Positions 16,808 through 26,731 of a stretch of DNA of 64,000 nt are shown one piece after another. The DNA is from an uncultured Chitinophagales bacterium (GTDB lineage: Bacteria; Bacteroidota; Bacteroidia; Chitinophagales; JADIYW01). The stretch's first letter is position 1. Every line of letters starts with the position of its first letter. The stretch is taken from contig CAYYMF010000005.1 of NCBI GenBank assembly GCA_964472755.1, forward strand, positions 3,386 through 67,385, given 5' to 3'. The notes below the pieces were generated by a model. It worked only from the letters and a program-made list of their open reading frames with translations, had not been told where the DNA came from and did not search any database. The translations under genes and the position numbers were made by a program.

Positions 16808-19180
16808 ATGCATTTTTTTCCAATTAATACGCCTGAGAAAATAAATTTCAATACAATTCTAGAACTTCTATCCAATAAATGCATTGGAACTTTAGGCAAA
16901 AAATATATTAATGAAGCAAAATTCATTACGGATTATGAAAAATTAGTTGTCGAATTAAAAATAGTTCATCAATTAAAATCTTGGATTGAAGAAGGATTTC
17001 AAGTGTCTCATCAAGGCTTTAATTCCATGTCTTTTTTAAAAAAATTTGATATTGAAAATTACATTATCCAAATTTCAGAATTTATTCAATTATATAATGC
17101 ACTAAAAACCGTAAAGCAATTAAAAAATACAGCTAAAAAAATTGATTCAGAAAGATATACTGCATTAACTGAGATTATTAATCAAGTGCCAGAATTAGAT
17201 GCAGTACTTATTGATATAGAAAAGACTATTATTATAGAACAAGAAATTATCAATGAAAATGTTTCTAAAGTTTTGCAACAAATTAGAAAACAAAAATCGC
17301 AAATACAACAACAGATACAACAGAATTTTAAACGTATTTTGACACATTATAAAGCCCAAGAATTCTTACATGAAACTGAAGAAAGTATTAGAAATGAAAG
17401 AAAAGTTTTGGCAGTATTAAGTGAAAAAAAACGAAGTGTAAAAGGAATTTTTGTTGATGAATCTTCTAATGGAAGCATTACATTTATTGAGCCTGAAGAA
17501 ACTGTCCATTTAAACAATGAATTGATTTCATGTATATTGGAAGAAAAGAAAGAAATTGAGAAAATTCTTATTCATTTATCTAATAAAATTCGTCCTGAAT
17601 TAGATGCCATTCAAACAACACAAGAATTTTTAGCTTATTTTGATGCACAACAAGCAAAAGCAAATCTTGCAATAGAATACCAATGTACCTTACCTGAAAT
17701 TAGAAAAGAGAAAGTTATTTATCTAAAAAATTTCAGAAATTTAGCTTTAGAATATCACCTTAGAAAACATAAACACCAAATTATTCCAAATACCTTACAA
17801 TTAGACGAGCAACATCGAATTTTAGTAATTAGCGGACCAAACGCTGGTGGCAAATCTGTTGTTTTAAAATCATTAGGTTTGATGCAATTGATGTTGCAGT
17901 TTGGTTTATTATTACCTGTAGATGAAGGTTCAATTGCATGTATTTTCAAGCAAATTTTTTCAGATATTGGCGATGAACAATCTTTTGAAAATGATGTAAG
18001 TACCTATTCTGCTCATTTGCAAAAAATGAAATATTTTGTTCAAAAAGCAAATAAAGATACCTTGATTTTATTAGATGAAATGGGTGTTGGCACCGATCCA
18101 AGTTTGGGTGGAGCAATGGCGGAGGCTGTTTTAGAAACCTTGCATCAAAAAAATGTTTTTGGTTGTGTTACTACGCATTTTAATAATTTGAAAGTTTATG
18201 CTGCACAAACCAAAGGAATGCAAAGTGCGGCAATGGCATTTGATAAAGTAGCTTTACAACCCAAATATGAATTGCAAATTGGTCAGCCAGGAAGTTCTTT
18301 TACTTTCGAGATTGCTCAAAAAATTGGTATGCCACAAAATGTCATTCAATTAGCAAAACAAAAAACAGCACATAACCAAAAAGCTCTAGATGAAACTTTG
18401 AATGAAGTACAAATTGAAAAACACTATATCAAAGGTTTGCGAAAAAATGTGCAACAAAAGGAAACTCAATTGAATACTATTGTTAAGGATTACGAGCAAT
18501 TAAAAGAAGATTTTGAGAAAAATAAAAAGCGTTTAACAAAAGCATACGAACAAAGGCTGTTGGATTTTTATAATGAACAAAGTCGTTTATTAGAAAAACA
18601 AATGAGAGAATGGAAGGAAAGCCTCCAAAAAAAAGAAGACTATTTGGAATTACGTCAAAACATCGATGAACAACGTAAAACGATAGAACAAAAAGAAATT
18701 TCTAATTTCCAACAGAAAAAAGATGGTATCATTCAGGTTGGTTCAAAAGTTCGCTTAGAAGAAGGTACTGAAATTGGCGAAATAATTTCTTTAGATAATA
18801 AGAAAGCTATTGTTGGCTTTGGAAATATGCGAACAACATTTAAAATACATCAATTGGTTTTAATTGATGAGAAAACGCCAACAAAAAGAGAATTTAGGAT
18901 ACAAAAATCTTCCAAACAAATTATAGAAAAAAGTAGATTTGAAAGTGAAATTGATTTGCGTGGCAAATTGATTGAAGAAGCCCACAATGAACTCGAAGTA
19001 TTTATGGATCAATCTATTATGTATGGCATCCACCATTTAAAAATAATTCATGGAAGAGGCACTGGAAAGTTACGAACTTATATCCATCAGTATTTAAAAA
19101 GCTATCCTTATATTAAAAATTATCATTTTGAAAAAGAAGAATTTGGCGGAAACGGCGTTACCTTAGTAGAACTAAAATAA
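16808..19180 (+). CDS. mutS2: Endonuclease MutS2 (MutS ATPase + C-terminal Smr domain)
   Basis: Walker A motif GPNAGGKS, a long coiled-coil linker and a C-terminal Smr domain (IDLRG...HGRGTGKLR). Confidence 0.9.
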   Translation: MHFFPINTPEKINFNTILELLSNKCIGTLGKKYINEAKFITDYEKLVVELKIVHQLKSWIEEGFQVSHQGFNSMSFLKKFDIENYIIQISEFIQLYNALKTVKQLKNTAKKIDSERYTALTEIINQVPELDAVLIDIEKTIIIEQEIINENVSKVLQQIRKQKSQIQQQIQQNFKRILTHYKAQEFLHETEESIRNERKVLAVLSEKKRSVKGIFVDESSNGSITFIEPEETVHLNNELISCILEEKKEIEKILIHLSNKIRPELDAIQTTQEFLAYFDAQQAKANLAIEYQCTLPEIRKEKVIYLKNFRNLALEYHLRKHKHQIIPNTLQLDEQHRILVISGPNAGGKSVVLKSLGLMQLMLQFGLLLPVDEGSIACIFKQIFSDIGDEQSFENDVSTYSAHLQKMKYFVQKANKDTLILLDEMGVGTDPSLGGAMAEAVLETLHQKNVFGCVTTHFNNLKVYAAQTKGMQSAAMAFDKVALQPKYELQIGQPGSSFTFEIAQKIGMPQNVIQLAKQKTAHNQKALDETLNEVQIEKHYIKGLRKNVQQKETQLNTIVKDYEQLKEDFEKNKKRLTKAYEQRLLDFYNEQSRLLEKQMREWKESLQKKEDYLELRQNIDEQRKTIEQKEISNFQQKKDGIIQVGSKVRLEEGTEIGEIISLDNKKAIVGFGNMRTTFKIHQLVLIDEKTPTKREFRIQKSSKQIIEKSRFESEIDLRGKLIEEAHNELEVFMDQSIMYGIHHLKIIHGRGTGKLRTYIHQYLKSYPYIKNYHFEKEEFGGNGVTLVELK

Positions 19181-19194
19181 GCTTAATCACTATA

Positions 19195-19443
19195 TTAAAT
19201 CTCAGAAATATTTATTTTATAAAATTCCATCACAGGATTGTACAATAATTTTTTACAAGCATTTTCTACCAATTCAAAAGCGTCCTCTTTTGAAGCAGCT
19301 TCTACTTTTAATTCTATTCTTTTACCTACTCTAACATTTGAAGTAGGAATGCTTAAATTATTTAAACTTTGTTCAACTGCTTTTCCTTGAGGATCTAACA
19401 ATTCCTTCAATGGCATTACGTTTATTTCTACTTGATATTGCAT
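19195..19443 (-). CDS. purS: Phosphoribosylformylglycinamidine synthase subunit PurS
   Basis: 82 aa. The sequence pattern VEINVMPLKELLDPQGKAVEQSLNNL is typical of PurS. Confidence 0.85.
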   Translation of the reverse strand: MQYQVEINVMPLKELLDPQGKAVEQSLNNLSIPTSNVRVGKRIELKVEAASKEDAFELVENACKKLLYNPVMEFYKINISEI

Positions 19444-19478
19444 AGCTACAAAATTACGCTTTATTTCTTATCGAATTC

Positions 19479-20732
19479 CTATTTTTTCTTTTTCTTTTTC
19501 TTTTCTTTATACAATTGCTCTTCTTCTTCCGCTTTTGCCATCAAAGAACGCCAATCACCCTCAGGAATTTCTTTTTCTTTAGCCAAAAATAAAATCTCTT
19601 CCTGTTCTGCTTGTTCCATATCTATCACATGAATTGGATTATGCAAAAAAGTTTCTATTTCTTTCAAAATTTCTTTTTCTTCAGTGCTACAAAAAGAAAT
19701 GGCTTGTCCTTTTTGGACTCCACGTCCAGTTCTTCCTACTCGATGTACATAATTTTCAGATTTTTCTGGCAAATCATAATTCACAACATAGTCCACATTT
19801 GGAATATCAATACCTCGAGCATTTATATCTGTTGCAATTAATATTTTTATTTTTCCATCTTTAAATTCTTTTAAAGTAGAAAATCTTTCATCTTGAGATT
19901 TATCGCTATGCATGGTCAAAGTTTCAATACCCACACGCTCCATTGCTTTAGCAACACGCTCGGCTCTTACTTTTGTTCTTACAAAAACAAGAATTTTACT
20001 TTCCTTATGTTCCGTAATAATTCGTTCTAAAAAATAACGTTTAGCATCCATTTCTATAAAAGCTACTGCATGTTGGACGTTTCTAGAAACTGGATCTTTG
20101 GGAGAAATCTGAATTCGGATAGGATTATGAACCAATGAATAAGCTAACTTTTTAATTGTTTCATTGATAGTAGCAGAAAAGAAAAGCGTTTGCCTTCTAG
20201 GTGGCAAAAATCGAATCATATCTTGAATATCTTTGATAAAGCCTAAATCCAACATGTGATCAGCTTCGTCCAAAATTAGATAATTGATTTTATTTAAGGC
20301 TAATGCTCCTTGATGTACTAAATCAAACACTCTTCCAGGTGTAGCAATGACAATATCCACGCCTTTATACAAAGCCTCAATTTGTGGAGCTTGATCTACA
20401 CCACCATGAATACATAATGTTTTTACTCTTGTTTTAAAAGCAATTTTTTCAAAAACTTCTGTTATCTGAATTGCCAACTCATGTGTTGGTACCATAATAA
20501 TACATTTTATAGCATCACTCCTACTTGATTTTTTTTGCTCGTAAATCAAATGAATGATGGGAATGGCAAAAGCTGCCGTTTTTCCAGTTCCTGTTTGTGC
20601 AATTGCCAATACATCTTCTCCTTTTAAAATAGATGGAATAGCTTTGTATTGTATATCAGTCGGCTTTTTGAAGCCTAATTGCTCCAGATTCCTTTTGATG
20701 TCTTCATTTATTCTATAATCTGAAAATTTCAT
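19479..20732 (-). CDS. DEAD-box ATP-dependent RNA helicase
   Basis: Motifs AQTGTGKT, PTHELA, DEAD, SAT and HRVGRTGR. The C-terminal tail is poly-Lys (KEKKKKKKK). Confidence 0.9.
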   Translation of the reverse strand: MKFSDYRINEDIKRNLEQLGFKKPTDIQYKAIPSILKGEDVLAIAQTGTGKTAAFAIPIIHLIYEQKKSSRSDAIKCIIMVPTHELAIQITEVFEKIAFKTRVKTLCIHGGVDQAPQIEALYKGVDIVIATPGRVFDLVHQGALALNKINYLILDEADHMLDLGFIKDIQDMIRFLPPRRQTLFFSATINETIKKLAYSLVHNPIRIQISPKDPVSRNVQHAVAFIEMDAKRYFLERIITEHKESKILVFVRTKVRAERVAKAMERVGIETLTMHSDKSQDERFSTLKEFKDGKIKILIATDINARGIDIPNVDYVVNYDLPEKSENYVHRVGRTGRGVQKGQAISFCSTEEKEILKEIETFLHNPIHVIDMEQAEQEEILFLAKEKEIPEGDWRSLMAKAEEEEQLYKEKKKKKKK

Positions 20733-20779
20733 AATAATAATTAATTGAACGATAAACTTACTCTTTGTATAGAATAAAT

Positions 20780-21388
20780 TTAAGCGATTAATTCGAAAAT
20801 ATCTCTATCCACCAAAATTGTTTGCCAACCCATTTTTCTAGGCTCTACTAAATTCTCTGGCTTATCATCTAAAAAAATAAAGTTAGCAGAATTGGAATCT
20901 CCAATAGACTGTTGAACATGCTCATAAATTTCAGCATCTGGCTTTCTCATACCCACTAATTGAGAATAAAATTGAATATCAAAAATAGTATCAAAAATAT
21001 TCACTCCAAAATCATGTTCTAAGGATTCGTGGATAGTCTTTGTATGTATGGTATTTGTGTTACTCAATAAATAAACCTGATTATTTTCTCTCAGACGATA
21101 CAATAAATCTATCCTATGTTTTGGAATCGTTTTTAAAATGCCATTCCAAGCTTTTTCAACTGCAATTACAGAATTTATTTTAATGTCTTCCATCACTTTT
21201 AAAAAATCTGCTGTGCTAATTTTTCCAGTTTCAAAATCATGAAAAAAGCCTTCTTTAAATAGCTTTTCTAATTGCTCTTGATTAAAATTTGGAAATAAAT
21301 CTTCCTTCCACCAATCTGATTCTGATTTTAAATCAATGATGACTGCACCTAAATCAAAAATGATTTTTTTATGGTTAATATTCTCCAA
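20780..21388 (-). CDS. HAD-superfamily hydrolase (subfamily IA-like)
   Basis: 202 aa with the N-terminal nucleophile motif IIFDLGAVIIDL and a distal LDD motif. Confidence 0.7.
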   Translation of the reverse strand: MENINHKKIIFDLGAVIIDLKSESDWWKEDLFPNFNQEQLEKLFKEGFFHDFETGKISTADFLKVMEDIKINSVIAVEKAWNGILKTIPKHRIDLLYRLRENNQVYLLSNTNTIHTKTIHESLEHDFGVNIFDTIFDIQFYSQLVGMRKPDAEIYEHVQQSIGDSNSANFIFLDDKPENLVEPRKMGWQTILVDRDIFELIA

Positions 21389-21397
21389 AGCTATAAA

Positions 21398-22813
21398 TTA
21401 AAACTCTGCACTTTTTGGGGTTCTTGGAAATGGGATAACATCTCTAATATTCGTCATTCCTGTAACAAATAATACTAAACGTTCAAATCCTAAACCAAAT
21501 CCAGCGTGTGGACAAGCACCGAATTGCCTTGTTTCTAAATACCACCAAATCTGTTCTGCATGGATACCCACTTGAGCTGCACGATTTTTCAATTTTTCGT
21601 AATTATCTTCTCTTTGAGAACCGCCAATTATTTCGCCAATTCCAGGAAATAAAACATCCATCGCTCTTACCGTTTTTCCATCTTCACTTTGCTTCATATA
21701 AAAAGCTTTTATTTCCGTTGGGTAATCTGTAAGAATTACAGGTTTTTTGAAGTGTTTTTCTACCAAATATCGTTCATGTTCACTCTGCAAATCGGTTCCC
21801 CAATCAACAGGATATTGAAACTTCTTTTTAGCATTCTTCAATATTTCAACTGCATTGGTATAAGTCAATTTTTCAAAATCATTAGAAACAACAAAATTCA
21901 ACTTATCTAATAACGCTAATTCACTTCGTTCATTTTGAGGTTTAGATTTTTCTTCTTCTAATAATCTTTTCTCTAAAAATTCTAAATCGTCTTTGCAATT
22001 TTTTAAAGCATACGCAATTACATATTTTAAGAAATCTTCAGCTAATGCCATATTATCTTCCAATTCATAAAAAGCAACTTCAGGTTCTATCATCCAAAAC
22101 TCAGCAAGATGTCTAGAAGTATTAGAATTTTCTGCTCTAAATGTTGGGCCAAAAGTATATATTTTACTCAATGCCATAGCACCCAATTCTCCTTCTAATT
22201 GTCCAGAAACTGTAAGATTTGTTTCCTTTCCAAAAAAATCTTCCTTATAATTGATATTATTATTTTCGTCCTTTGGCAATTTATTCAAATCTAAAGTTGT
22301 TACTCTAAACATTTCGCCTGCACCCTCTGCATCAGATGCTGTAATAATTGGCGTATGTAAATAGAAAAAACCATTATCATTAAAATATTGATGAATTGCA
22401 AATGCTAAAGCATGTCTAATTCTAAAAATCGCACTAAAAGTCTGGGTTCTTGGACGCAAATGCGCAATTTCTCTCAAAAATTCTAAGGAATGTTTTTTAG
22501 GTTGCAAAGGATATTTTTCAGGATCAGCTTCGCCTAATATCGTAATCGTTTCTGCATTCAATTCTATGGCTTGTTGCCCTGAACTTTCTACAATATTTCC
22601 TTCCACTTTAATACAAGCACCTGTATTTATTTTAGCTAAAATATCTTCTGCAATTGTTTCTGCAACTACTTGTAAATTATGAATTGTTGAACCATCATTC
22701 AAATTTATAAATGCAACATTTTTACTTTGTCTTTTTGTTCTTACCCACGCAGATATTGTTGCTTGTGTGCCAATACTTTTTTGTTCTAATAATTGTTTTA
22801 TATTCATTTTCAT
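21398..22813 (-). CDS. asnS: Asparagine--tRNA ligase
   Basis: 471 aa with an OB-fold N-terminus, class II motifs ([15 protein letters not shown]) and a C-terminal PRTPKSAEF. Confidence 0.9.
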   Translation of the reverse strand: MKMNIKQLLEQKSIGTQATISAWVRTKRQSKNVAFINLNDGSTIHNLQVVAETIAEDILAKINTGACIKVEGNIVESSGQQAIELNAETITILGEADPEKYPLQPKKHSLEFLREIAHLRPRTQTFSAIFRIRHALAFAIHQYFNDNGFFYLHTPIITASDAEGAGEMFRVTTLDLNKLPKDENNNINYKEDFFGKETNLTVSGQLEGELGAMALSKIYTFGPTFRAENSNTSRHLAEFWMIEPEVAFYELEDNMALAEDFLKYVIAYALKNCKDDLEFLEKRLLEEEKSKPQNERSELALLDKLNFVVSNDFEKLTYTNAVEILKNAKKKFQYPVDWGTDLQSEHERYLVEKHFKKPVILTDYPTEIKAFYMKQSEDGKTVRAMDVLFPGIGEIIGGSQREDNYEKLKNRAAQVGIHAEQIWWYLETRQFGACPHAGFGLGFERLVLFVTGMTNIRDVIPFPRTPKSAEF

Positions 22814-22885
22814 TCCAAGGAATTTTGACTGCTAAGTTAATTATTATGATTTAAAAATGTTAAGAGCTGTTGTTATGTATTAATG

Positions 22886-22918
22886 AAATAAAAAAGAACC
22901 TGCAATCATACAGGTTCT
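22886..22918 (-). terminator. Intrinsic terminator of the Lys/Ala-rich protein gene
   Basis: Hairpin agaacctg-N8-caggttct, followed on the minus strand by TTTTT. Confidence 0.7.
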
Positions 22919-22947
22919 TAAAATAAATATCCCACTAAACAAAAAAA

Positions 22948-23709
22948 CTATTTCTTAGAGGCTGCTTTTTTAGCAGGTGCTTTAACTGCAGCTTTCTTTG
23001 CTGGAGCTTTAGCGACTGGAGCGACTGCTTTTTTTGCAGGGGCTTTAGGTGCTGCTGTTTTTTTTACTGGAGCTTTAACTACAGCTTTTTTTGTTGCAAC
23101 ATTTTTTTGAACATCTTCAGCAACTTTTTCTACTTTTTTAGCAACTTTAGCAACATTTGCTTTTACTTCTTTCTCTGCTTTAGCAACTGTTTGTTTTACT
23201 TCTTTCTCAATATTTTTCTCAGCTTTCTTTACTTTCGTTTCTACTTCTTTTGCAGTTTTTTCAATTTCTTTTTCAGCTTTTTTCACTTTTGCTTCTACGT
23301 CTTTCGCTGCTTTTTTTATTTCTTTTTCTACAGACTCTGTTGCTTGTTTTGCTTGTTTTGCAACATTATTTGCTGCTTCTTTAGCCTTTTTTTCTCCTGC
23401 ATTTACTTTATCAGTAATTACTTTAAAGAAATCATCTAATCTTTGTTTTGCATCATCCATTACATTTTCAGCTTCTGCCAACAAATCTTCTCTTACTTTA
23501 TCGATTTTATTTACATCAACAATACTTGTAATTCTTGATTTTAATTTTTCACCATACTCTTGTAAGTTTTCTCTTTGTCCTTGTACTTGAACTTGAACAT
23601 CAGAAGAAAAATTTTGAAGATTAATTCTAAACTCTTCAACTTTAATATTAAAATCATTTACTAAAGCATCTAAAGCTTCTCTGAATTTGTCGATTTGGTC
23701 TGTTTTCAT
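22948..23709 (-). CDS. Lys/Ala/Glu-rich protein: helical N-terminal half plus a histone-H1-like PAKKA tail
   Basis: 253 aa with internal EKE(I/V)xKxxK repeats. The C-terminus is AAPKAPAKKAVAPVAKAPAKKAAVKAPAKKAASKK. Confidence 0.6.
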   Translation of the reverse strand: MKTDQIDKFREALDALVNDFNIKVEEFRINLQNFSSDVQVQVQGQRENLQEYGEKLKSRITSIVDVNKIDKVREDLLAEAENVMDDAKQRLDDFFKVITDKVNAGEKKAKEAANNVAKQAKQATESVEKEIKKAAKDVEAKVKKAEKEIEKTAKEVETKVKKAEKNIEKEVKQTVAKAEKEVKANVAKVAKKVEKVAEDVQKNVATKKAVVKAPVKKTAAPKAPAKKAVAPVAKAPAKKAAVKAPAKKAASKK

Positions 23710-23729
23710 TATTGTATATTTTGATAATA

Positions 23730-23737
23730 CAAAAATA
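23730..23737 (-). promoter_or_regulatory. Candidate -7 box TATTTTTG for the Lys/Ala-rich protein gene
   Basis: The reverse complement of caaaaata matches TAnnTTTG. It lies 20 nt upstream of the ATG at 23709. Confidence 0.4.
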
Positions 23738-23847
23738 GTATATGTAGTTTAACAGAGTTTTAGAAATCTTTTAAGAAAAAATCACTAATAATCAATACTA
23801 TGTAAAGTAATTACTAAAACAACACCTTTTCTAACCAATATTAGTGA

Positions 23848-24024
23848 GTTTAACCCGAATTATACAATAGGATTCGTTATGAAAGTGAAAACACCAATAA
23901 AATATAAACTTTTGCGATTGAAACATAGTAACCTCTATGGTAAATGAGCAAAAGTTAGCGTAGCGTTATATTTTGCAGGCATTTTCGATTGCAATAGAAT
24001 ATCTATTGCATAATTCGGGTTTAA
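23848..24024 (+). ncRNA. Candidate structured small RNA, or alternatively a MITE-like element, closed by 20-bp inverted repeats
   Basis: aacccgaattatAcaatag (23852-23870) against ctattgCataattcgggtt (24003-24021) matches 18 of 19 positions. An internal nested hairpin reads cttttgc...catag-taacct-ctatg...gcaaaag. A plus-strand terminator lies 19 nt downstream. The strand assignment is tentative. Confidence 0.3.
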
Positions 24025-24042
24025 TAGCATTTGACAATAATT

Positions 24043-24067
24043 ACAAGTTTATTAAACTTGTTTTTTT
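24043..24067 (+). terminator. Plus-strand intrinsic terminator not assignable to any annotated plus-strand gene
   Basis: Hairpin acaagttt-att-aaacttgt followed by T7 on the plus strand. On the minus strand the hairpin is followed by aattattg, which makes a poor terminator for proS. Confidence 0.55.
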
Positions 24068-24081
24068 AATAGAAGAAATAA

Positions 24082-25563
24082 TTAATATGCTCTTGCAAAT
24101 AACACCCTTTCTTGACTTGGTTTACCAGTTAGCACACACTTTCCATCTTCCTTTTTATTATCTAATGGAATACAACGAATCGTAGCCTTAGTCAATTCTT
24201 TAATTTTCTCTTCAGTTTCTGGAGTGCCGTCCCAATGTGCAGCAATAAAACCACCCTTTTCTTCTAATACTTTTTGAAAAGTATCAAAGTCATCTACTTC
24301 TGTAATATGACTATCTCTAAAACTTTTTGCCTTAGCAAATAAACTATTTTGAATATCATCTAATAAACCAACAATCGTTTCTTGCAAGTTTTCTATAGGA
24401 AAAGTTGATTTTTCTTTGGTATCTCTTCGAGCAATTTCTACAACACCATTTGCTAAATCTCTAGGTCCAATTACCACTCTCAAAGGAATCCCTTTTAATT
24501 CATATTCTGCAAATTTAAATCCAGGGCGTTTGGTTTCATCACTATCTACCAAAGCACGAATTCCATTTTTTGCAAGATTTTGTTTTAATTCATTGGCTTT
24601 ATCAATCATAGATTGTGTTTCTTCAACATTCTTAGATAAAAATGGAATAATAACCACTTGATAAGGTGCAATTTTTGGCGGAATAATCAAGCCTTCATCA
24701 TCAGAATGTGCCATAATTAATGCCCCAATCAAACGTGTTGAAACGCCCCAACTCGTTGCCCAAACATATTCCTCGTTATTCTCTTTATTAACAAATTTTA
24801 CATCAAATGCTTTTGCAAAGTTTTGGCCTAAAAAATGCGATGTTCCTGATTGCAAAGCCTTTCCATCTTGCATTAAAGCCTCAATTGTATAGGTATCTTC
24901 AGCACCTGCAAAACGTTCGTTAGCAGATTTTACACCTTTAATAACTGGAATTGCCATGTATTTTTCTACAAAATCTGCATACACATTAATCATTTGTACA
25001 GTTTCTTCAACTGCTTCTGATTTTGTAGCATGTGCAGTATGTCCTTCTTGCCATAAAAATTCAGCTGTACGTAAAAACAAACGAGTTCGCATTTCCCAAC
25101 GAACTACATTCGCCCATTGATTTACTAAAATTGGCAAATCTCGATATGATTGAATCCATTTTTTATAAGTATTCCAAATAATAGCTTCTGAAGTTGGTCG
25201 CACTACCAATTCTTCTTCTAATTTAGCTTCTGGATCAACGATTAATTTGCCTTTATTTTCAGGATCTGTTTTTAATCTATAATGTGTTACCACTGCACAT
25301 TCTTTGGCAAAACCCTCCGCATTGGTTTCCTCCGCTTCAAACAGACTTTTGGGCACAAACAGTGGAAAATAGGCATTAACATGACCAGTTTCTTTAAATT
25401 TTTTATCCAAAACATCACGCATATTTTCCCAAAGTGTAAATCCATAAGGCTTAATGACCATACAACCACGAACTGCACTATAATCTGCTAATCCCCCTTT
25501 CAATACTAAATCATTATACCACTCACTGTAATTTTCTGCTCTTGATGTAATTCCTTTACTCAT
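24082..25563 (-). CDS. proS: Proline--tRNA ligase (archaeal/eukaryote-like type)
   Basis: 493 aa with class II core motifs, and a length and C-terminal domain typical of the short-type ProRS found in Bacteroidetes. Confidence 0.9.
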   Translation of the reverse strand: MSKGITSRAENYSEWYNDLVLKGGLADYSAVRGCMVIKPYGFTLWENMRDVLDKKFKETGHVNAYFPLFVPKSLFEAEETNAEGFAKECAVVTHYRLKTDPENKGKLIVDPEAKLEEELVVRPTSEAIIWNTYKKWIQSYRDLPILVNQWANVVRWEMRTRLFLRTAEFLWQEGHTAHATKSEAVEETVQMINVYADFVEKYMAIPVIKGVKSANERFAGAEDTYTIEALMQDGKALQSGTSHFLGQNFAKAFDVKFVNKENNEEYVWATSWGVSTRLIGALIMAHSDDEGLIIPPKIAPYQVVIIPFLSKNVEETQSMIDKANELKQNLAKNGIRALVDSDETKRPGFKFAEYELKGIPLRVVIGPRDLANGVVEIARRDTKEKSTFPIENLQETIVGLLDDIQNSLFAKAKSFRDSHITEVDDFDTFQKVLEEKGGFIAAHWDGTPETEEKIKELTKATIRCIPLDNKKEDGKCVLTGKPSQERVLFARAY

Positions 25564-25706
25564 TTTATTGTATGTTTTTATAAAAATCTAACTATTTATC
25601 AGACCAATTAACAAATATTGGTACACTTTTTGAAACTTATTTATTGTAATTTTGGTTTTACAAATGTAGGATAATTTATTTTGCTAAATAATTAAATTAT
25701 AAAACG

Positions 25707-26711
25707 ATGAAAAGATTCATTTTAAATATGTTTTTAGTTTTGCCTTTGGCAATAAATTCAACTTATGCAGATGATGTGTATGATGACTTTACACCAACAG
25801 AGAAAAAAGTAAAGACAGAAAAAACATATTCGCCTTCAAGTTCTGGCAGTTCGAATTATAACAACAATAGTTATCAATATGATAACTACAATAATAACGA
25901 CTATACAAGCAATAACTATAATAACGGAAATAGCAATTATTATGAAGAAGATGGCTATGATTCTTATAATAATAATGGCAATTCAAGATACGCCGATAGA
26001 ATTAGAAGATTTCATAATCCAAACGTACGTTTTAGTGTAAACTTTAATGCTGGCAGACCTTCTTATTATGGTTATAACGGGTACAACTCTTATTATAATG
26101 ATTGGATGTGGAACTCAGGTTCTTCGTTCTATCCAAGTTGGTATGGTGGAAATACGCAGATAATTATTTTAAACAATTATAATCCTTGGAACAGATGGAA
26201 CTCATGGAGTAATCCGTGGCATGGTTTCAATCATTGGAACTATTGGAATAGTTGGAACAGTTGGTCTAATCCTTGGAACAGCTGGGGACCTTATGGATAT
26301 GACAATTATTATGGGAATAATTACTATGGCAACACTTGGAATAATAATTATTACCCATCGGTGAATAAGCCATCTAAACCTGCTCCAACTTACACACCTA
26401 GACCAAATATCTCTACGAATAAACCGAGTTATAACAACAATTCTTATCCTGAAAACAATAATAAGAATAACAACAACGAGAACTATCAGATCAATAAGAA
26501 AACAAATTCAAATTACTCTAAACCACAAAACCAACCTATTGAAAAAGGCGATAATAATAATTACAAACCTCAATATAAAAACAATAACAACGGTGGTGGC
26601 AATTACAAACAAGCTCCATCAATGAATAATAATAACAATAATTACAAAACACCTTCACCATCTAATACAACAACACCTTCAGGTATTAAAATAACTAAAA
26701 CGCCTAAATAA
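25707..26711 (+). CDS. Secreted low-complexity Asn/Tyr/Trp-rich protein
   Basis: 334 aa. The signal peptide is MKRFILNMFLVLPLAINSTYA. It is followed by N/Y tracts, an RIRRFHNP motif, the W-N periodic block NPWNRWNSWSNPWHGFNHWNYWNSWNSWSNPWNSW, and an N/K/P-rich tail. Confidence 0.7.
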   Translation: MKRFILNMFLVLPLAINSTYADDVYDDFTPTEKKVKTEKTYSPSSSGSSNYNNNSYQYDNYNNNDYTSNNYNNGNSNYYEEDGYDSYNNNGNSRYADRIRRFHNPNVRFSVNFNAGRPSYYGYNGYNSYYNDWMWNSGSSFYPSWYGGNTQIIILNNYNPWNRWNSWSNPWHGFNHWNYWNSWNSWSNPWNSWGPYGYDNYYGNNYYGNTWNNNYYPSVNKPSKPAPTYTPRPNISTNKPSYNNNSYPENNNKNNNNENYQINKKTNSNYSKPQNQPIEKGDNNNYKPQYKNNNNGGGNYKQAPSMNNNNNNYKTPSPSNTTTPSGIKITKTPK

Positions 26712-26731
26712 TTCTAATAAAAACAAAACCT

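Noticed and set aside
19479-19520. A long T/C-rich homopolymeric tract (ttttttctttttctttttcttttc) as a possible regulatory or slippery sequence
   Set aside because: It is the reverse complement of the poly-Lys C-terminal tail (KEKKKKKKK) of the DEAD-box helicase. It is in frame and ends at a normal stop.
23107-23439. A 110-aa plus-strand ORF rich in Phe/Cys/Ser
   Set aside because: It is antisense to the Lys/Ala/Glu-rich gene: AAG/GAA-rich coding DNA reads as TTC/CTT on the other strand. The composition is an artefact, and there is no start context.
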